Shown one piece after another: positions 1 through 8,945 of a DNA stretch of 60,954 nt. The notes beneath the pieces are model-generated. The model searched no databases and was not told where the DNA came from. It worked only from the letters and a program-made list of their open reading frames with translations. The translations under genes were made by a program, and so were the position numbers. The stretch spans positions 1 to 60,954 of the forward strand of contig JAZQIW010000116.1 of NCBI GenBank assembly GCA_045541355.1, given 5' to 3'. The number at the start of each line of letters is the position of its first letter. The stretch's first letter is position 1. The DNA is from Eubacteriales bacterium. GTDB lineage: Bacteria > Bacillota > Clostridia > Oscillospirales > CAG-382.

Positions 1-1
1 T

Positions 2-3000
2 AAGATTCTCTCGCTGTATAATGCAGGTGTTGTAATGGGTAATGATGAGTTCGGTACCTTCAGCCCCGAAAACAGCATCAAGAGAAGCGAATGTGCAGCT
101 ATTATCAATAGAGTTGCAATTCCCGAAAACAGACTTAAGAAGACACTTTCCGATTTCACAAGCGAGGAAGCTTATGTTCTCTGCTATAACGTCGGCATGG
201 CGAATGTCAGAGAAAGCTACGGTATAAACTCGGGTTGGGTACTCGATAACAGAGGCGGTAACGCAAAGCTTACCGATGACGGCTATAACTCTCTCGGCGA
301 CGTTTCCGAAAAGTACGCAACAGCATTTGTAAGAGAGTTTAACTTTGTTCCGAGTGGCGAAATCGTTCTTGAAACACAGGTTATTGGTAAGAACGAAGGC
401 ACGTTCCTCGAATACAGAGATATTGATGAAAAAACAGTATATATGCTCAAAGTAGTTGACGGTAAGTGGTCTGTACTCGGAAAAGACGGTAAGTACATGG
501 CAGTTGCAGATGCACACGATGGTAATGTAAGCATCAGAGCATATGTGAATCTTGATACAGGTATGAGCAAGACATTTGTTGACGGCAAGGGCGGTGTAGA
601 AGCTGACCTTCTTTCCGATAATGTTATGTCTTACAGAGCAGGTATTGACGAAAAGGGAACAGGCTCACTCGTTGTTTCCGAGGTTAATATGGTTGTTAAC
701 TACGGTATGTACGAAAACTTTGAACTTTTCGGTGCAGATAAGGCTTACGGCTGGGAAACAAGCGGTCTTGTTTCTTACAATGATAAGGAAAACCAGCTTG
801 ATATCCAAAACGGCTCTGTTAAGAAGACATTCTCTGCAGTTGGCGGAACAGTTGTGACAGAGGCTCTTGTAAACTCTATTGACGGTAGCGATTATTCCGT
901 TGCAATCGGCGATGTTCTTACCGTTGAATCCAAGGGCGGAAAGCTTACAGCAGGCGGTAAAGAACTCTATAACCTTACAAAGAATATGTGGTACAGACTC
1001 AGAGTTGAGGCTAATACACAAAGCGGCATAGCAAAGATTGTTCTCAACGGCAGAAGCGTTGGTGAAGTTGCTCTTTCCAAGAACGAAGCTGTTTCTGCAC
1101 TTTCTGTTACTGCAAGCGGAAAGCTCGGTCTTGATAATGTAAAGGTTTATGAAAAGTTTGAACAGATAGACTATGTTCCCGCACCCGCGGCTAAGGCAAG
1201 CCTTGACGATTACATCACGGTTATGAATATCTGCTCTCTCTGGAGAAACGGTACACACTTTGGCTGGGGTGTTATTTCCGCATATGATGAACCTACTCCT
1301 GTTCTCGGATTCTATGATGAAGGCAGTCCCGAAACAGCAGACTGGGAAATCAACTACATGGTAAACCACGGTATCGACGTTCAGGCGTTCTGCTGGTATG
1401 CTGACACAAGCACAGCTCCTCTTAAGAACCCCAACAACAGCGAACAGCTTCATAACGGTTACCAACTCGCAAAGTACTCTGATTATATGTATTATGTAAT
1501 CATCTGGGAGGCAGCAGGCACAAACGGACTTAAATCCGCACAGTTCAGAAATAACACAGTTCCTTACTGGTTTGAAAACTACTTCCTCGATGAAAGATAC
1601 TTAAAGATTGATAATAAGATTGTTTTCCCCGTTTATTCCGCAAATACAATTGCTGAAGAAAAGAATCTCGGCTCTGTAGCAAATGTAAAGGCTGAATTCG
1701 ATTATCTCGAAGAAGTTGCTCGCGGCTATGGATTTGACGGCGTAATCTTTCTTTCCGCAGGTGATGCAACATCAACTGTTGCTGATATGGGCTTTGACGG
1801 CGTATATGCTTATAACTGGGGTACAGAAGGTAAGAAGTACAGCACAAACGTTGACAGAAACACAAAGACCGCGGCAAATGCCGAAAAGGTTGGTATTTAT
1901 GCAGTTCCTACAGTTTCCGTAGGCTTCGACTCCATTCCCTGGCACGCAGTTCGTGAAGGCATGATGACAGAAGAAGACTTTACAAAGTCTATCGAATGGG
2001 TAAAGAATACATATCTTCCCAAGTATTCACCGAAGGCTTCCTGGGCTGATAAGCTTGTTTGGCTTTCTACATGGAATGAATACGGCGAAGGTACATATAT
2101 GATGCCTGCAGGTCAGAATGGCTTCGGCTATGTCGATGTAATCAGAAAGACACTTACAAATATGCCCGAAGCACATAGCGATATAGTTCCTACTCTCAAG
2201 CAGAGAGAAAGAATTAATCATCTCTATCCTCAGTACGCAAAGACTCTCGCAAGAAACGGCGAATACTGGCTCAAGGCTTCATCCGATGTCTCGTTTGCCA
2301 AGAAGGCACCCAAGAATAAGCTTTATATCAACGGCATTGATGTTCTTGCAAACTCGATTCCCGAAAAGGCTATCCCCGCACAGGTTGTTGACGGTAAGGT
2401 TTATTTCCCCTTCAATCCCATGACATGTGTACACTATATCTTAGGTGCTCACTATGAGTACAGAAAGGATGCAGGCACACTCAGAATTATGGCAAACGGC
2501 CATGAGGTAAAGTATGAAATCGGCTCTGACAGATATATCTTAGACGGTAAGGAGCTTGATCTCGGTTATACTCTTGCAACATTTGACAGCCTTCCCATGC
2601 TTGATTTTGAAAAGCTCGCGAAGGATCTCGGCTATAAGTCCGAAACAAAGGACGGCGACCTATATATCTACTCCGATACATACGACACAGTATGGAAGAG
2701 CATAGCAGAAAGAAAGACGGGCGGCTGGGAGTTTAACGGCTTTGATACAGAAGGCTGGTCAAGCGGTAATATGGATCTTATTATGACAGGCTCGTCAATG
2801 CGTCTTGTAACAAACTCCAAGAATACAGGCGACCCCATTGCAATGTTCAATGCTTCCGACTTCCCCGAAGATTTCCATACAAAGAGATATCTTTCCATGG
2901 AAATGAAGTTCAGATATAGCATTACAAATGCCACAACAGAGCCTCACATCAAGTTCTACTATATTACCGACGTTGACAGTAAGTATTCCGAAAGTAAGAC

Positions 3001-4189
3001 TATCGTAGTTAACCTTTATGACCTCAGCAGCGGCGATGAATGGCAGACAGCAACAGTAGATCTTAAGAATCTCGAACCCTGGCAGGCAGCAACAGCCCTT
3101 ACAGGTCTCAGATTTGACCCCTTCAACGGCTACGGCGAAATGGAAGTAGACTATATCAGATTTGTTGAAGATCCCACATACGTTTATGTTCCTATCGAAG
3201 AAGTGCCCATGTCCATTACAAACGGTGACGCAGAGGACGAAAAGCTCACTCCCTTCACCTCTAACGGTGCAAAGATTGTAAGAGTTGAAGACCCCGATAA
3301 GAAGGGTAATCACGTATGGCACGTGCAGGCACAGCCCGGCGGTAAGTATGTATACTTCATGTATCCTGCCCGTTATAAGCAGGGTGCAACATATAAGGTT
3401 TCCTTTGATATCAAGCTCGGTGAAAATAATATCGGCAATGAAGCACTCACATCCACCTCCTTCTGCCTCAACCTCAAGTATGCAGATAAGGGTGCTCTCA
3501 ATGACCTTGACCACATCGTGGGCAGTAATGTAAAATTCTCACAGGCTGACGGCTGGGTGCATTATGAAACCAATGCCACAGTCGAAAAGCTTGACAGTAA
3601 TTCCAAGTCTCAGTTTACAATCTACCTCAATCCCAACGGCGATGCAGGCTTCAGCTACTACCTTGATAACATCAAGATTGAAATGCTAAGCGAAGAAGAA
3701 CAGATGAAGGCTAACCCCTCCAAGTACTTCAAGTGGGAAAAAGCAAAGGGCGAGGTGCTCTTTGATACAGATGAACAGTGGAATACACTCAAAGAGTTCT
3801 CCGGCCTTGCAGAGCATAAGGTAGAAAACGGCGAGCTTTACATGGTGGCGGATGATACTTCTGACCCTCAGGTTTATATTAAAGGCTCTTTTGACGGCGA
3901 TAAGTATAAGCTTGTTGCAGTACGCTTCAGGAAAGAAAACGTCGGCGAAGAACGCACACAGGCGGGCTTTAAGATTTACTTTACTACAAAGGAAGACGAA
4001 AAGCTTTCCGAAAAGAAGTCTGTGGCAGTAAGAACGGCGGCTCTTATTGATGACGGAGACGGTTACTATACGGCGGCTCTTCATATGACAAATGAAGCAT
4101 GGAAGGGCGAAGTTACAACAATCCGTATTGACCCTGCCGATGCAACAGGTACATTTATCCTTGATAAGGTAATGCTTGTTGAAGTATAA
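2..4189 (+). CDS. 5'-truncated large surface protein: SLH domain, GH99-like/WbsX-type glycoside hydrolase domain, copper-amine-oxidase-N-like domain and several CBM-like beta-sandwiches
   Basis: Frame is open from base 2 (KILSLYNAGVVMGNDEFGTFSPENSIKRSECAAIINRV, an SLH repeat), so the ATG at 35 is internal. LGFYDE...GIDVQAFCWY and TWNEYGEGT match GH99-like/WbsX motifs. Repeated LRFDP/IRIDP modules and ITNGDAED resemble CBM4_9. Confidence 0.75.
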   Translation, partial: KILSLYNAGVVMGNDEFGTFSPENSIKRSECAAIINRVAIPENRLKKTLSDFTSEEAYVLCYNVGMANVRESYGINSGWVLDNRGGNAKLTDDGYNSLGDVSEKYATAFVREFNFVPSGEIVLETQVIGKNEGTFLEYRDIDEKTVYMLKVVDGKWSVLGKDGKYMAVADAHDGNVSIRAYVNLDTGMSKTFVDGKGGVEADLLSDNVMSYRAGIDEKGTGSLVVSEVNMVVNYGMYENFELFGADKAYGWETSGLVSYNDKENQLDIQNGSVKKTFSAVGGTVVTEALVNSIDGSDYSVAIGDVLTVESKGGKLTAGGKELYNLTKNMWYRLRVEANTQSGIAKIVLNGRSVGEVALSKNEAVSALSVTASGKLGLDNVKVYEKFEQIDYVPAPAAKASLDDYITVMNICSLWRNGTHFGWGVISAYDEPTPVLGFYDEGSPETADWEINYMVNHGIDVQAFCWYADTSTAPLKNPNNSEQLHNGYQLAKYSDYMYYVIIWEAAGTNGLKSAQFRNNTVPYWFENYFLDERYLKIDNKIVFPVYSANTIAEEKNLGSVANVKAEFDYLEEVARGYGFDGVIFLSAGDATSTVADMGFDGVYAYNWGTEGKKYSTNVDRNTKTAANAEKVGIYAVPTVSVGFDSIPWHAVREGMMTEEDFTKSIEWVKNTYLPKYSPKASWADKLVWLSTWNEYGEGTYMMPAGQNGFGYVDVIRKTLTNMPEAHSDIVPTLKQRERINHLYPQYAKTLARNGEYWLKASSDVSFAKKAPKNKLYINGIDVLANSIPEKAIPAQVVDGKVYFPFNPMTCVHYILGAHYEYRKDAGTLRIMANGHEVKYEIGSDRYILDGKELDLGYTLATFDSLPMLDFEKLAKDLGYKSETKDGDLYIYSDTYDTVWKSIAERKTGGWEFNGFDTEGWSSGNMDLIMTGSSMRLVTNSKNTGDPIAMFNASDFPEDFHTKRYLSMEMKFRYSITNATTEPHIKFYYITDVDSKYSESKTIVVNLYDLSSGDEWQTATVDLKNLEPWQAATALTGLRFDPFNGYGEMEVDYIRFVEDPTYVYVPIEEVPMSITNGDAEDEKLTPFTSNGAKIVRVEDPDKKGNHVWHVQAQPGGKYVYFMYPARYKQGATYKVSFDIKLGENNIGNEALTSTSFCLNLKYADKGALNDLDHIVGSNVKFSQADGWVHYETNATVEKLDSNSKSQFTIYLNPNGDAGFSYYLDNIKIEMLSEEEQMKANPSKYFKWEKAKGEVLFDTDEQWNTLKEFSGLAEHKVENGELYMVADDTSDPQVYIKGSFDGDKYKLVAVRFRKENVGEERTQAGFKIYFTTKEDEKLSEKKSVAVRTAALIDDGDGYYTAALHMTNEAWKGEVTTIRIDPADATGTFILDKVMLVEV

Positions 4190-4203
4190 AAATCAATAAT
4201 TTT

Positions 4204-4232
4204 GCCCCATGCCGAAAAGGCATGGGGCTTTT
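4204..4232 (+). terminator. Rho-independent terminator of the SLH-GH gene
   Basis: GCCCCATGCC-GAAAA-GGCATGGGGC followed by TTTT. Confidence 0.85.
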
Positions 4233-4238
4233 ATAAAC

Positions 4239-4278
4239 AAAAAACAAAAATGCGTCGCGGCTTTTGCCGCGACGCATT
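4239..4278 (-). terminator. Rho-independent terminator of the anti-sigma gene
   Basis: AATGCGTCGCGGC-TTTT-GCCGCGACGCATT with an A-run to its left (U-tract on the minus strand). Confidence 0.8.
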
Positions 4279-4285
4279 GTGCTTG

Positions 4286-5554
4286 TCAGTCAAAGAAGTT
4301 GATAGAAGAATTTTTTATCTGTGAAAGCATTTCTTCTGTCATTGTGGGAGCATTGTCTGTGATAAAGCTGTTATCCAGACCGTTTTCCTTGAATTTTTCT
4401 CTGTTAATTATATATTCGTCGCCGTAAAGCTCACGAAGTCTGTTGTCAATAAGTGAAAGATTGTAGTCGAGATTTTCTTCTCCGTAAAGCAGAACGAGAC
4501 CCTCAAATAAACCGTCGGAAATTTCGCACGTAAGGAAGGCTGAATTGTATGTTGTACTTTTGTCTGCTTCTTGCTCTGCCTCTTCTTCAATAGCTTCGTT
4601 GGCAGCATCTTGGATTTCTTCTTCCTGTGCGGTATCCTCAACTAAAATGCCATTGCTTTCCGGTGCCTTTGCTGCACTACCGCCCGAACCGCCGCCTGAA
4701 CCGCCGCCCGAACCGCCGCCTGAACCGCCGCCTGAACTTGAACCGCCGCCCGAACTGCCGCTTTCATTCTTTTCGGTCACGTGTGGATGAGGGGAGAACT
4801 TTAATATTTGCTTTTCTTCCTCAACTGCCGTTTCCTCGTTATCAAAAGTGTCGGAGTAGGATGTGTCATCTTCAGTGTAAGTGACGTCGGAAACAGTACC
4901 CGAAAAAGAGTCGGTATCAACTCTGTAATCGTATGCGGGAGCATCTAAAGCTTCTTGTGTTAAATTGGAAGTCTCGCTTTGCAGCGAAACATCGTTATCC
5001 ACCTCTGCGTCATCCGAATAAGCCTGCACACCGCTGTCGGAAGTAAGCTTTGTGAACAGTACTGCTTCTTCATCGAATGTGCTGTCCTCGTAGAATTCCT
5101 CTTCAGAAACCGACTCGTCATTTTCTTCCATGGGAACTGCCGTAATCTGACCGTCTGCCTTAAATGAAGTTTTAACTCGGTTGCTGTCTGTTACTGTCTG
5201 TGAAAGATCATCCGACGGCATATGCCGTATTATGAGTGCCGCACCGAAGATGATAATAATGGCTGCGGCGGTACCGAGATGGTGTGTCAGTCTGAAATGA
5301 CGTGTGCCTGCGGGAAGTGAAGGGGCTTTTTCTGATGACTCTATTGCCTTCATTACCTTTGCTGTGATTTCACCCTTGCCGATGCCGGGAATACTTGCTG
5401 TCATAAGCTGACGATGTAATTCTTCTGACTGAGAAAGAAGAGCCTGACAGCGTGGACAGCCTTCAATGTGGCTTCGCTGCTCGCGAGTCAAAAGCGATTC
5501 GCTGAGAATAAGCTCTTCAAGACTCTCACAGATGTTCATATTCAATTCGTCCAC
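4286..5554 (-). CDS. Zinc-binding (ZAS/zf-HC2) membrane anti-sigma factor with a long acidic extracytoplasmic region
   Basis: HIEGCPRC (HxxxCxxC) near the N-terminus; one TM helix (LGTAAAIIIIFGAALII); directly downstream of an ECF sigma gene; RBS GAAAGGAG fits GTG at 5554. Confidence 0.8.
   Translation of the reverse strand: MDELNMNICESLEELILSESLLTREQRSHIEGCPRCQALLSQSEELHRQLMTASIPGIGKGEITAKVMKAIESSEKAPSLPAGTRHFRLTHHLGTAAAIIIIFGAALIIRHMPSDDLSQTVTDSNRVKTSFKADGQITAVPMEENDESVSEEEFYEDSTFDEEAVLFTKLTSDSGVQAYSDDAEVDNDVSLQSETSNLTQEALDAPAYDYRVDTDSFSGTVSDVTYTEDDTSYSDTFDNEETAVEEEKQILKFSPHPHVTEKNESGSSGGGSSSGGGSGGGSGGGSGGGSGGSAAKAPESNGILVEDTAQEEEIQDAANEAIEEEAEQEADKSTTYNSAFLTCEISDGLFEGLVLLYGEENLDYNLSLIDNRLRELYGDEYIINREKFKENGLDNSFITDNAPTMTEEMLSQIKNSSINFFD
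4679..4760 (-). repeat. 12-nt tandem repeat encoding a (GGGS)n linker in the anti-sigma factor
   Basis: CCGCCGCC(C/T)GAA repeated; protein SGSSGGGSSSGGGSGGGSGGGSGGGSGGS. Confidence 0.85.
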
Positions 5555-5589
5555 CGTTTGCACTCCTTTCTGTAATTTACATATTCTTT

Positions 5590-5614
5590 GACGAGGGTGA
5601 CTTGAAAAAGTTCC
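5590..5614 (-). promoter_or_regulatory. ECF-sigma-type promoter between the sigma and anti-sigma genes
   Basis: Minus strand GGAAC-N16-CGTC(AAA), a typical ECF -35/-10 pattern. Confidence 0.65.
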
Positions 5615-5616
5615 CT

Positions 5617-6228
5617 CTAAAAGTAATTTTCTTTAATAAGAATTTTTTTCAGAGCCTCACGCGCTCTGAAAAGCCTTGACTTTACCGTTCCGACCTCAAT
5701 GGAAAGAGCCTCTGCAAGCTGCTCGTATGAATAATCGTTCATGTCGCGTAGAATAATAATCTCGCGGTGCTCCTGTGAGAGCTTTGATATGGCATTCCAT
5801 AACAGAGCCGAGCGTTCGCTTTCAAGAGCCGATTTTTCGGGATTGTTTCTGTCAGAGGTGTCGGGAATGTCAAAGCCTTCGTTTTCCTCTCCCGAACTGT
5901 CAATGCTTGTGGAATTTATTCTTTTCTTTCTTACGAAATCGTATGCACAGTTTTTCGCAATTCGGTAAATCCAAGTGGAAAATTCGCTTTCGCCCTTGAA
6001 GGAGGAAAGAGACCTGTATACCTTCAGGAAAACCTCCTGCGAGATGTCAAGAACGTCATCAGGATTGTTGACTACGCTGTAAATGCAGGTGCTTACCAGA
6101 CGTTCATGCTTTGTCACAAGCTTTTCAAATGCAGCCTTGTCGCCGTCGGCGGCCAAGTATGCAAGAGATGTATCCTCGGGTAAGTTTTCCGAATATGCAT
6201 TTTTCTTTTTGCCGAACAGAATGCCCAT
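5617..6228 (-). CDS. ECF RNA polymerase sigma-70 factor (SigW/RpoE-like)
   Basis: Region 2 (DISQEVFLKVYRSL...FSTWIYRIAKN) and region 4 (YSYEQLAEALSIEVGTVKSRLFRAR); RBS AAAGGAGGTG. Confidence 0.92.
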   Translation of the reverse strand: MGILFGKKKNAYSENLPEDTSLAYLAADGDKAAFEKLVTKHERLVSTCIYSVVNNPDDVLDISQEVFLKVYRSLSSFKGESEFSTWIYRIAKNCAYDFVRKKRINSTSIDSSGEENEGFDIPDTSDRNNPEKSALESERSALLWNAISKLSQEHREIIILRDMNDYSYEQLAEALSIEVGTVKSRLFRAREALKKILIKENYF

Positions 6229-6264
6229 CTGTAAACACCTCCTTTACAAGAAATTACAGCATAT

Positions 6265-6293
6265 AGTATAACACCAAAAATGAGAATTTGCAA
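6265..6293 (-). promoter_or_regulatory. SigA-type promoter of the ECF sigma gene
   Basis: TTGCAA-N17-TATACT with extended -10 TG. Confidence 0.65.
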
Positions 6294-6414
6294 GAATTTA
6301 TTGTTAATCTTGAAATGTTTTTTGCATAATGAATAAACTGAAGATAATTTTTGCTGATTTGTAGGCAATAGTATATATAAAGTATTAAGAATGTGAAAAC
6401 TTTGCTAAAGATAC

Positions 6415-6443
6415 TTGAAAATGTTGGAAAATAGTATTAAAAT
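6415..6443 (+). promoter_or_regulatory. SigA-type promoter of gap
   Basis: TTGAAA-N17-TAAAAT. Confidence 0.6.
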
Positions 6444-6499
6444 ATTAGTTGTGAAAAATTAAATCACTAATTTAATTTATTTTTTTGGAGGAATTTAAA

Positions 6500-7537
6500 A
6501 TGTCAGTTAAAGTTGCTATTAACGGTTTTGGCCGTATCGGTCGTCTCGCATTCAGACAGATGTTTGGTGCTGAAGGTTATGATGTTGTTGCTATCAACGA
6601 CCTCACAAAGCCTTCCATGCTCGCTCAGCTTCTCAAGTATGATACAGCTCAGGGCGGTTACTGCGGTACTCTCGGTGAAAATCTTCACACAGTTGAATCC
6701 GATGATGAAGCAGGCACAATCACAGTAGACGGCAAGACTCTTAAGATTTACGCTGAAAAGGACGCTAAGGATTGTCCTTGGGGCGAGCTTGGTGTAGATG
6801 TAGTTCTTGAATGTACAGGCTTCTACTGCTCCAAGGAAAAGTCTCAGGCACACATCGATGCAGGTGCTAAGAAGGTAGTTATTTCTGCTCCCGCAGGTAA
6901 CGATCTTCCCACAATCGTATACAGCGTTAACGAAAACACACTTACAAAGGAAGACACAATCATCTCTGCTGCTTCTTGTACAACAAACTGCCTCGCTCCC
7001 ATGGCTAAGGCTCTCAATGACTACGCAGCAATCCAGTCCGGTATCATGACAACAGTTCATGCATACACAGGCGACCAGATGATTCTCGACGGTCCCCACA
7101 GAAAGGGCGACTTCAGAAGAGCAAGAGCAGGCGCACAGAACATTGTTCCTAACTCCACAGGCGCAGCTAAGGCTATCGGTCTTGTAATTCCCGAGCTCAA
7201 CGGCAAGCTTATCGGTTCTGCACAGAGAGTTCCTACCTGCACAGGTTCTACAACAATCCTCGTTGCAGTTGTTAAGGGCAAGGACGTAACTAAGGAAGGC
7301 ATCAACGCAGCTATGAAGGCAGCAGCTAACGAATCCTACGGTTACAATGAAGATCAGATCGTTTCTTCCGATGTTATCGGTATGAGATTCGGTTCTCTCT
7401 TTGATGCTACACAGACAATGGTAGCTAAGATTGATGAAGACACATATCAGGTACAGGTTGTTTCCTGGTACGATAACGAAAACTCCTACACAAGCCAGAT
7501 GGTTCGTACAATTAAGTACTTCGCTGAACTTGCATAA
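6500..7537 (+). CDS. gap: Type I glyceraldehyde-3-phosphate dehydrogenase
   Basis: [11 protein letters not shown], catalytic [16 protein letters not shown]; RBS GGAGG before ATG 6500. Confidence 0.98.
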   Translation: MSVKVAINGFGRIGRLAFRQMFGAEGYDVVAINDLTKPSMLAQLLKYDTAQGGYCGTLGENLHTVESDDEAGTITVDGKTLKIYAEKDAKDCPWGELGVDVVLECTGFYCSKEKSQAHIDAGAKKVVISAPAGNDLPTIVYSVNENTLTKEDTIISAASCTTNCLAPMAKALNDYAAIQSGIMTTVHAYTGDQMILDGPHRKGDFRRARAGAQNIVPNSTGAAKAIGLVIPELNGKLIGSAQRVPTCTGSTTILVAVVKGKDVTKEGINAAMKAAANESYGYNEDQIVSSDVIGMRFGSLFDATQTMVAKIDEDTYQVQVVSWYDNENSYTSQMVRTIKYFAELA

Positions 7538-7574
7538 GTTGTAGAAGCTTTAAATCAATCGGATTATGATTGCT

Positions 7575-7607
7575 TGCCGATGTCAGATAATGACATCGGC
7601 ATTTTTT
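7575..7607 (+). terminator. gap terminator
   Basis: TGCCGATGTCA-GATAA-TGACATCGGCA followed by TTTTTT. Confidence 0.88.
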
Positions 7608-7623
7608 AATTTCATAAAAATGT

Positions 7624-7652
7624 TTGACAAATAAGCGAAATTGTGATAAAAT
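7624..7652 (+). promoter_or_regulatory. SigA-type promoter of the XRE/ImmA-like operon
   Basis: TTGACA-N17-TAAAAT with extended -10 TG. Confidence 0.75.
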
Positions 7653-7670
7653 CCCTTAGAGGTGAATACC

Positions 7671-8042
7671 ATGGACGAATTAACAACCCTTATAAAATCA
7701 GAAATCAAACGAAAATATAAAAGTGTCAGACAGTTTGCCGCAGTAATTGATGTGCCTCAGTCAACCATAATCAGTGCCATTAGAAAGGGCGTTGAGGGAA
7801 CGGCTTTTGAAACGGTAGTGAAAATATGCACGGCGCTTGATATAAAGCTTTCGCTGAATTCGGGGCAGTATATTGATAAGGAAAAAAGCGAACTGCTGGA
7901 GTGCTTTTCCGAGCTTGATGAGAGGGGAAAGCATACCGTAAAATCGGTATGTAATGTCGAGCTTATGAGATGCAGGAATATTCCCATAATGAGTATTGCG
8001 GCAGCACTCGAAAAGCTTCAGAATTCATCCTCGGGAGAATAA
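7671..8042 (+). CDS. XRE/Cro-CI-family helix-turn-helix transcriptional regulator
   Basis: SVRQFAAVIDVPQSTIISAIRKG...VVKICTALDI resembles phage/ICE-type repressors; RBS GAGGTG before ATG 7671. Confidence 0.8.
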   Translation: MDELTTLIKSEIKRKYKSVRQFAAVIDVPQSTIISAIRKGVEGTAFETVVKICTALDIKLSLNSGQYIDKEKSELLECFSELDERGKHTVKSVCNVELMRCRNIPIMSIAAALEKLQNSSSGE

Positions 8043-8044
8043 AA

Positions 8045-8938
8045 ATGAAGACGGTAAAGAAACGTGCATTGGAATTTCTGAATAAGCATAGAGTAAAGAC
8101 ACTTGATGAGCGTTCTTTAATGGATGCTGTTGAAAATATGGGATATACCATACTCAGATTCGGCGGGGATATTGGTGATACAGCCGACATTTTCATATCC
8201 CTTTCAATAAAGACCGACCTTGAGGATGTTCCGGATAGCTTCAGCTATTGTAAAGGGGTTTTGAAATATGTGTTTATCAAGGACGGCTTGCCCGAGGAAC
8301 AAAGAATTGCCTGCCTTTGCATTGAAGCGGGAAATATAACCCTTGGGAATTTTCATAATAATACAACTCTTTCGCTTAACCATGAGAAAAGAATAAATGC
8401 AGTCGCATTTTATGTGTATCTCAGAGAGCTTAGCTCTTTGCATGGAATAGGCGCATTGTTAAACCGCTATTTTGCCGAGACTGCGGCGGCAGCATTGTGC
8501 ATTGGTGTGCTTGCCTGCTTTTCGCTGACGGCAATAACCCTTCACGGTGCTCTTGAAAGGAATAATGTCAATGCCTTTGAGCTGTCGGGAAATGTGGTAA
8601 ATAATGAAAGCGTAGAAGAAGCCGACGAGGATATTGACATAGAAGAAAAGCTTGAGGCGGTTTTTGCAGAGTCTGATAGCCTTGGACAAGTTGTCAGTGC
8701 AGACGACGGCGTGACGGTAGATGACGGTGCTGTTGTTGAGCCTTTGCCCGATGAAACCTACTCAAACGAAAAATATAATGTACCTTCCGCAACAAACGCA
8801 TATTACGTTACCAAAAGCGGCAAAAAGTATCATGTTGAGGGCTGTTCATATGTAAAGGACTTGTCGGCGTGTCGGGCACTTTCGGCGGAGGAAATTTCTC
8901 AAAGCTCATATGAGCCGTGTAAAAGATGTATAAAGTAA
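8045..8938 (+). CDS. Membrane protein with a degenerate ImmA/IrrE-like N-domain, a TM helix, an acidic linker and a C-terminal Ada-like metal-binding module
   Basis: YVFIKDGLPEEQRIACLCIEAGNITLGNF aligns by eye to the ImmA HExxH region; TM segment AAAALCIGVLACFSLTAITL; C-terminal YYVTKSGKKYHVEGC...YEPCKRC; RBS GGGAGAA before ATG 8045. Confidence 0.65.
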   Translation: MKTVKKRALEFLNKHRVKTLDERSLMDAVENMGYTILRFGGDIGDTADIFISLSIKTDLEDVPDSFSYCKGVLKYVFIKDGLPEEQRIACLCIEAGNITLGNFHNNTTLSLNHEKRINAVAFYVYLRELSSLHGIGALLNRYFAETAAAALCIGVLACFSLTAITLHGALERNNVNAFELSGNVVNNESVEEADEDIDIEEKLEAVFAESDSLGQVVSADDGVTVDDGAVVEPLPDETYSNEKYNVPSATNAYYVTKSGKKYHVEGCSYVKDLSACRALSAEEISQSSYEPCKRCIK

Positions 8939-8945
8939 AAGAAAG

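Noticed and set aside
665-3514. Long antisense ORFs (665-1465 and 2795-3514, and similar ones opposite gap, ftsK, mutS and mgtE)
   Set aside because: They are shadows of codon bias on the coding strand, with no RBS or recognisable motifs.
7671-8938. Intact prophage or ICE
   Set aside because: Only a repressor-like gene and an ImmA-like gene are present. There are no integrase, structural or conjugation genes, and the neighbours are core genes.
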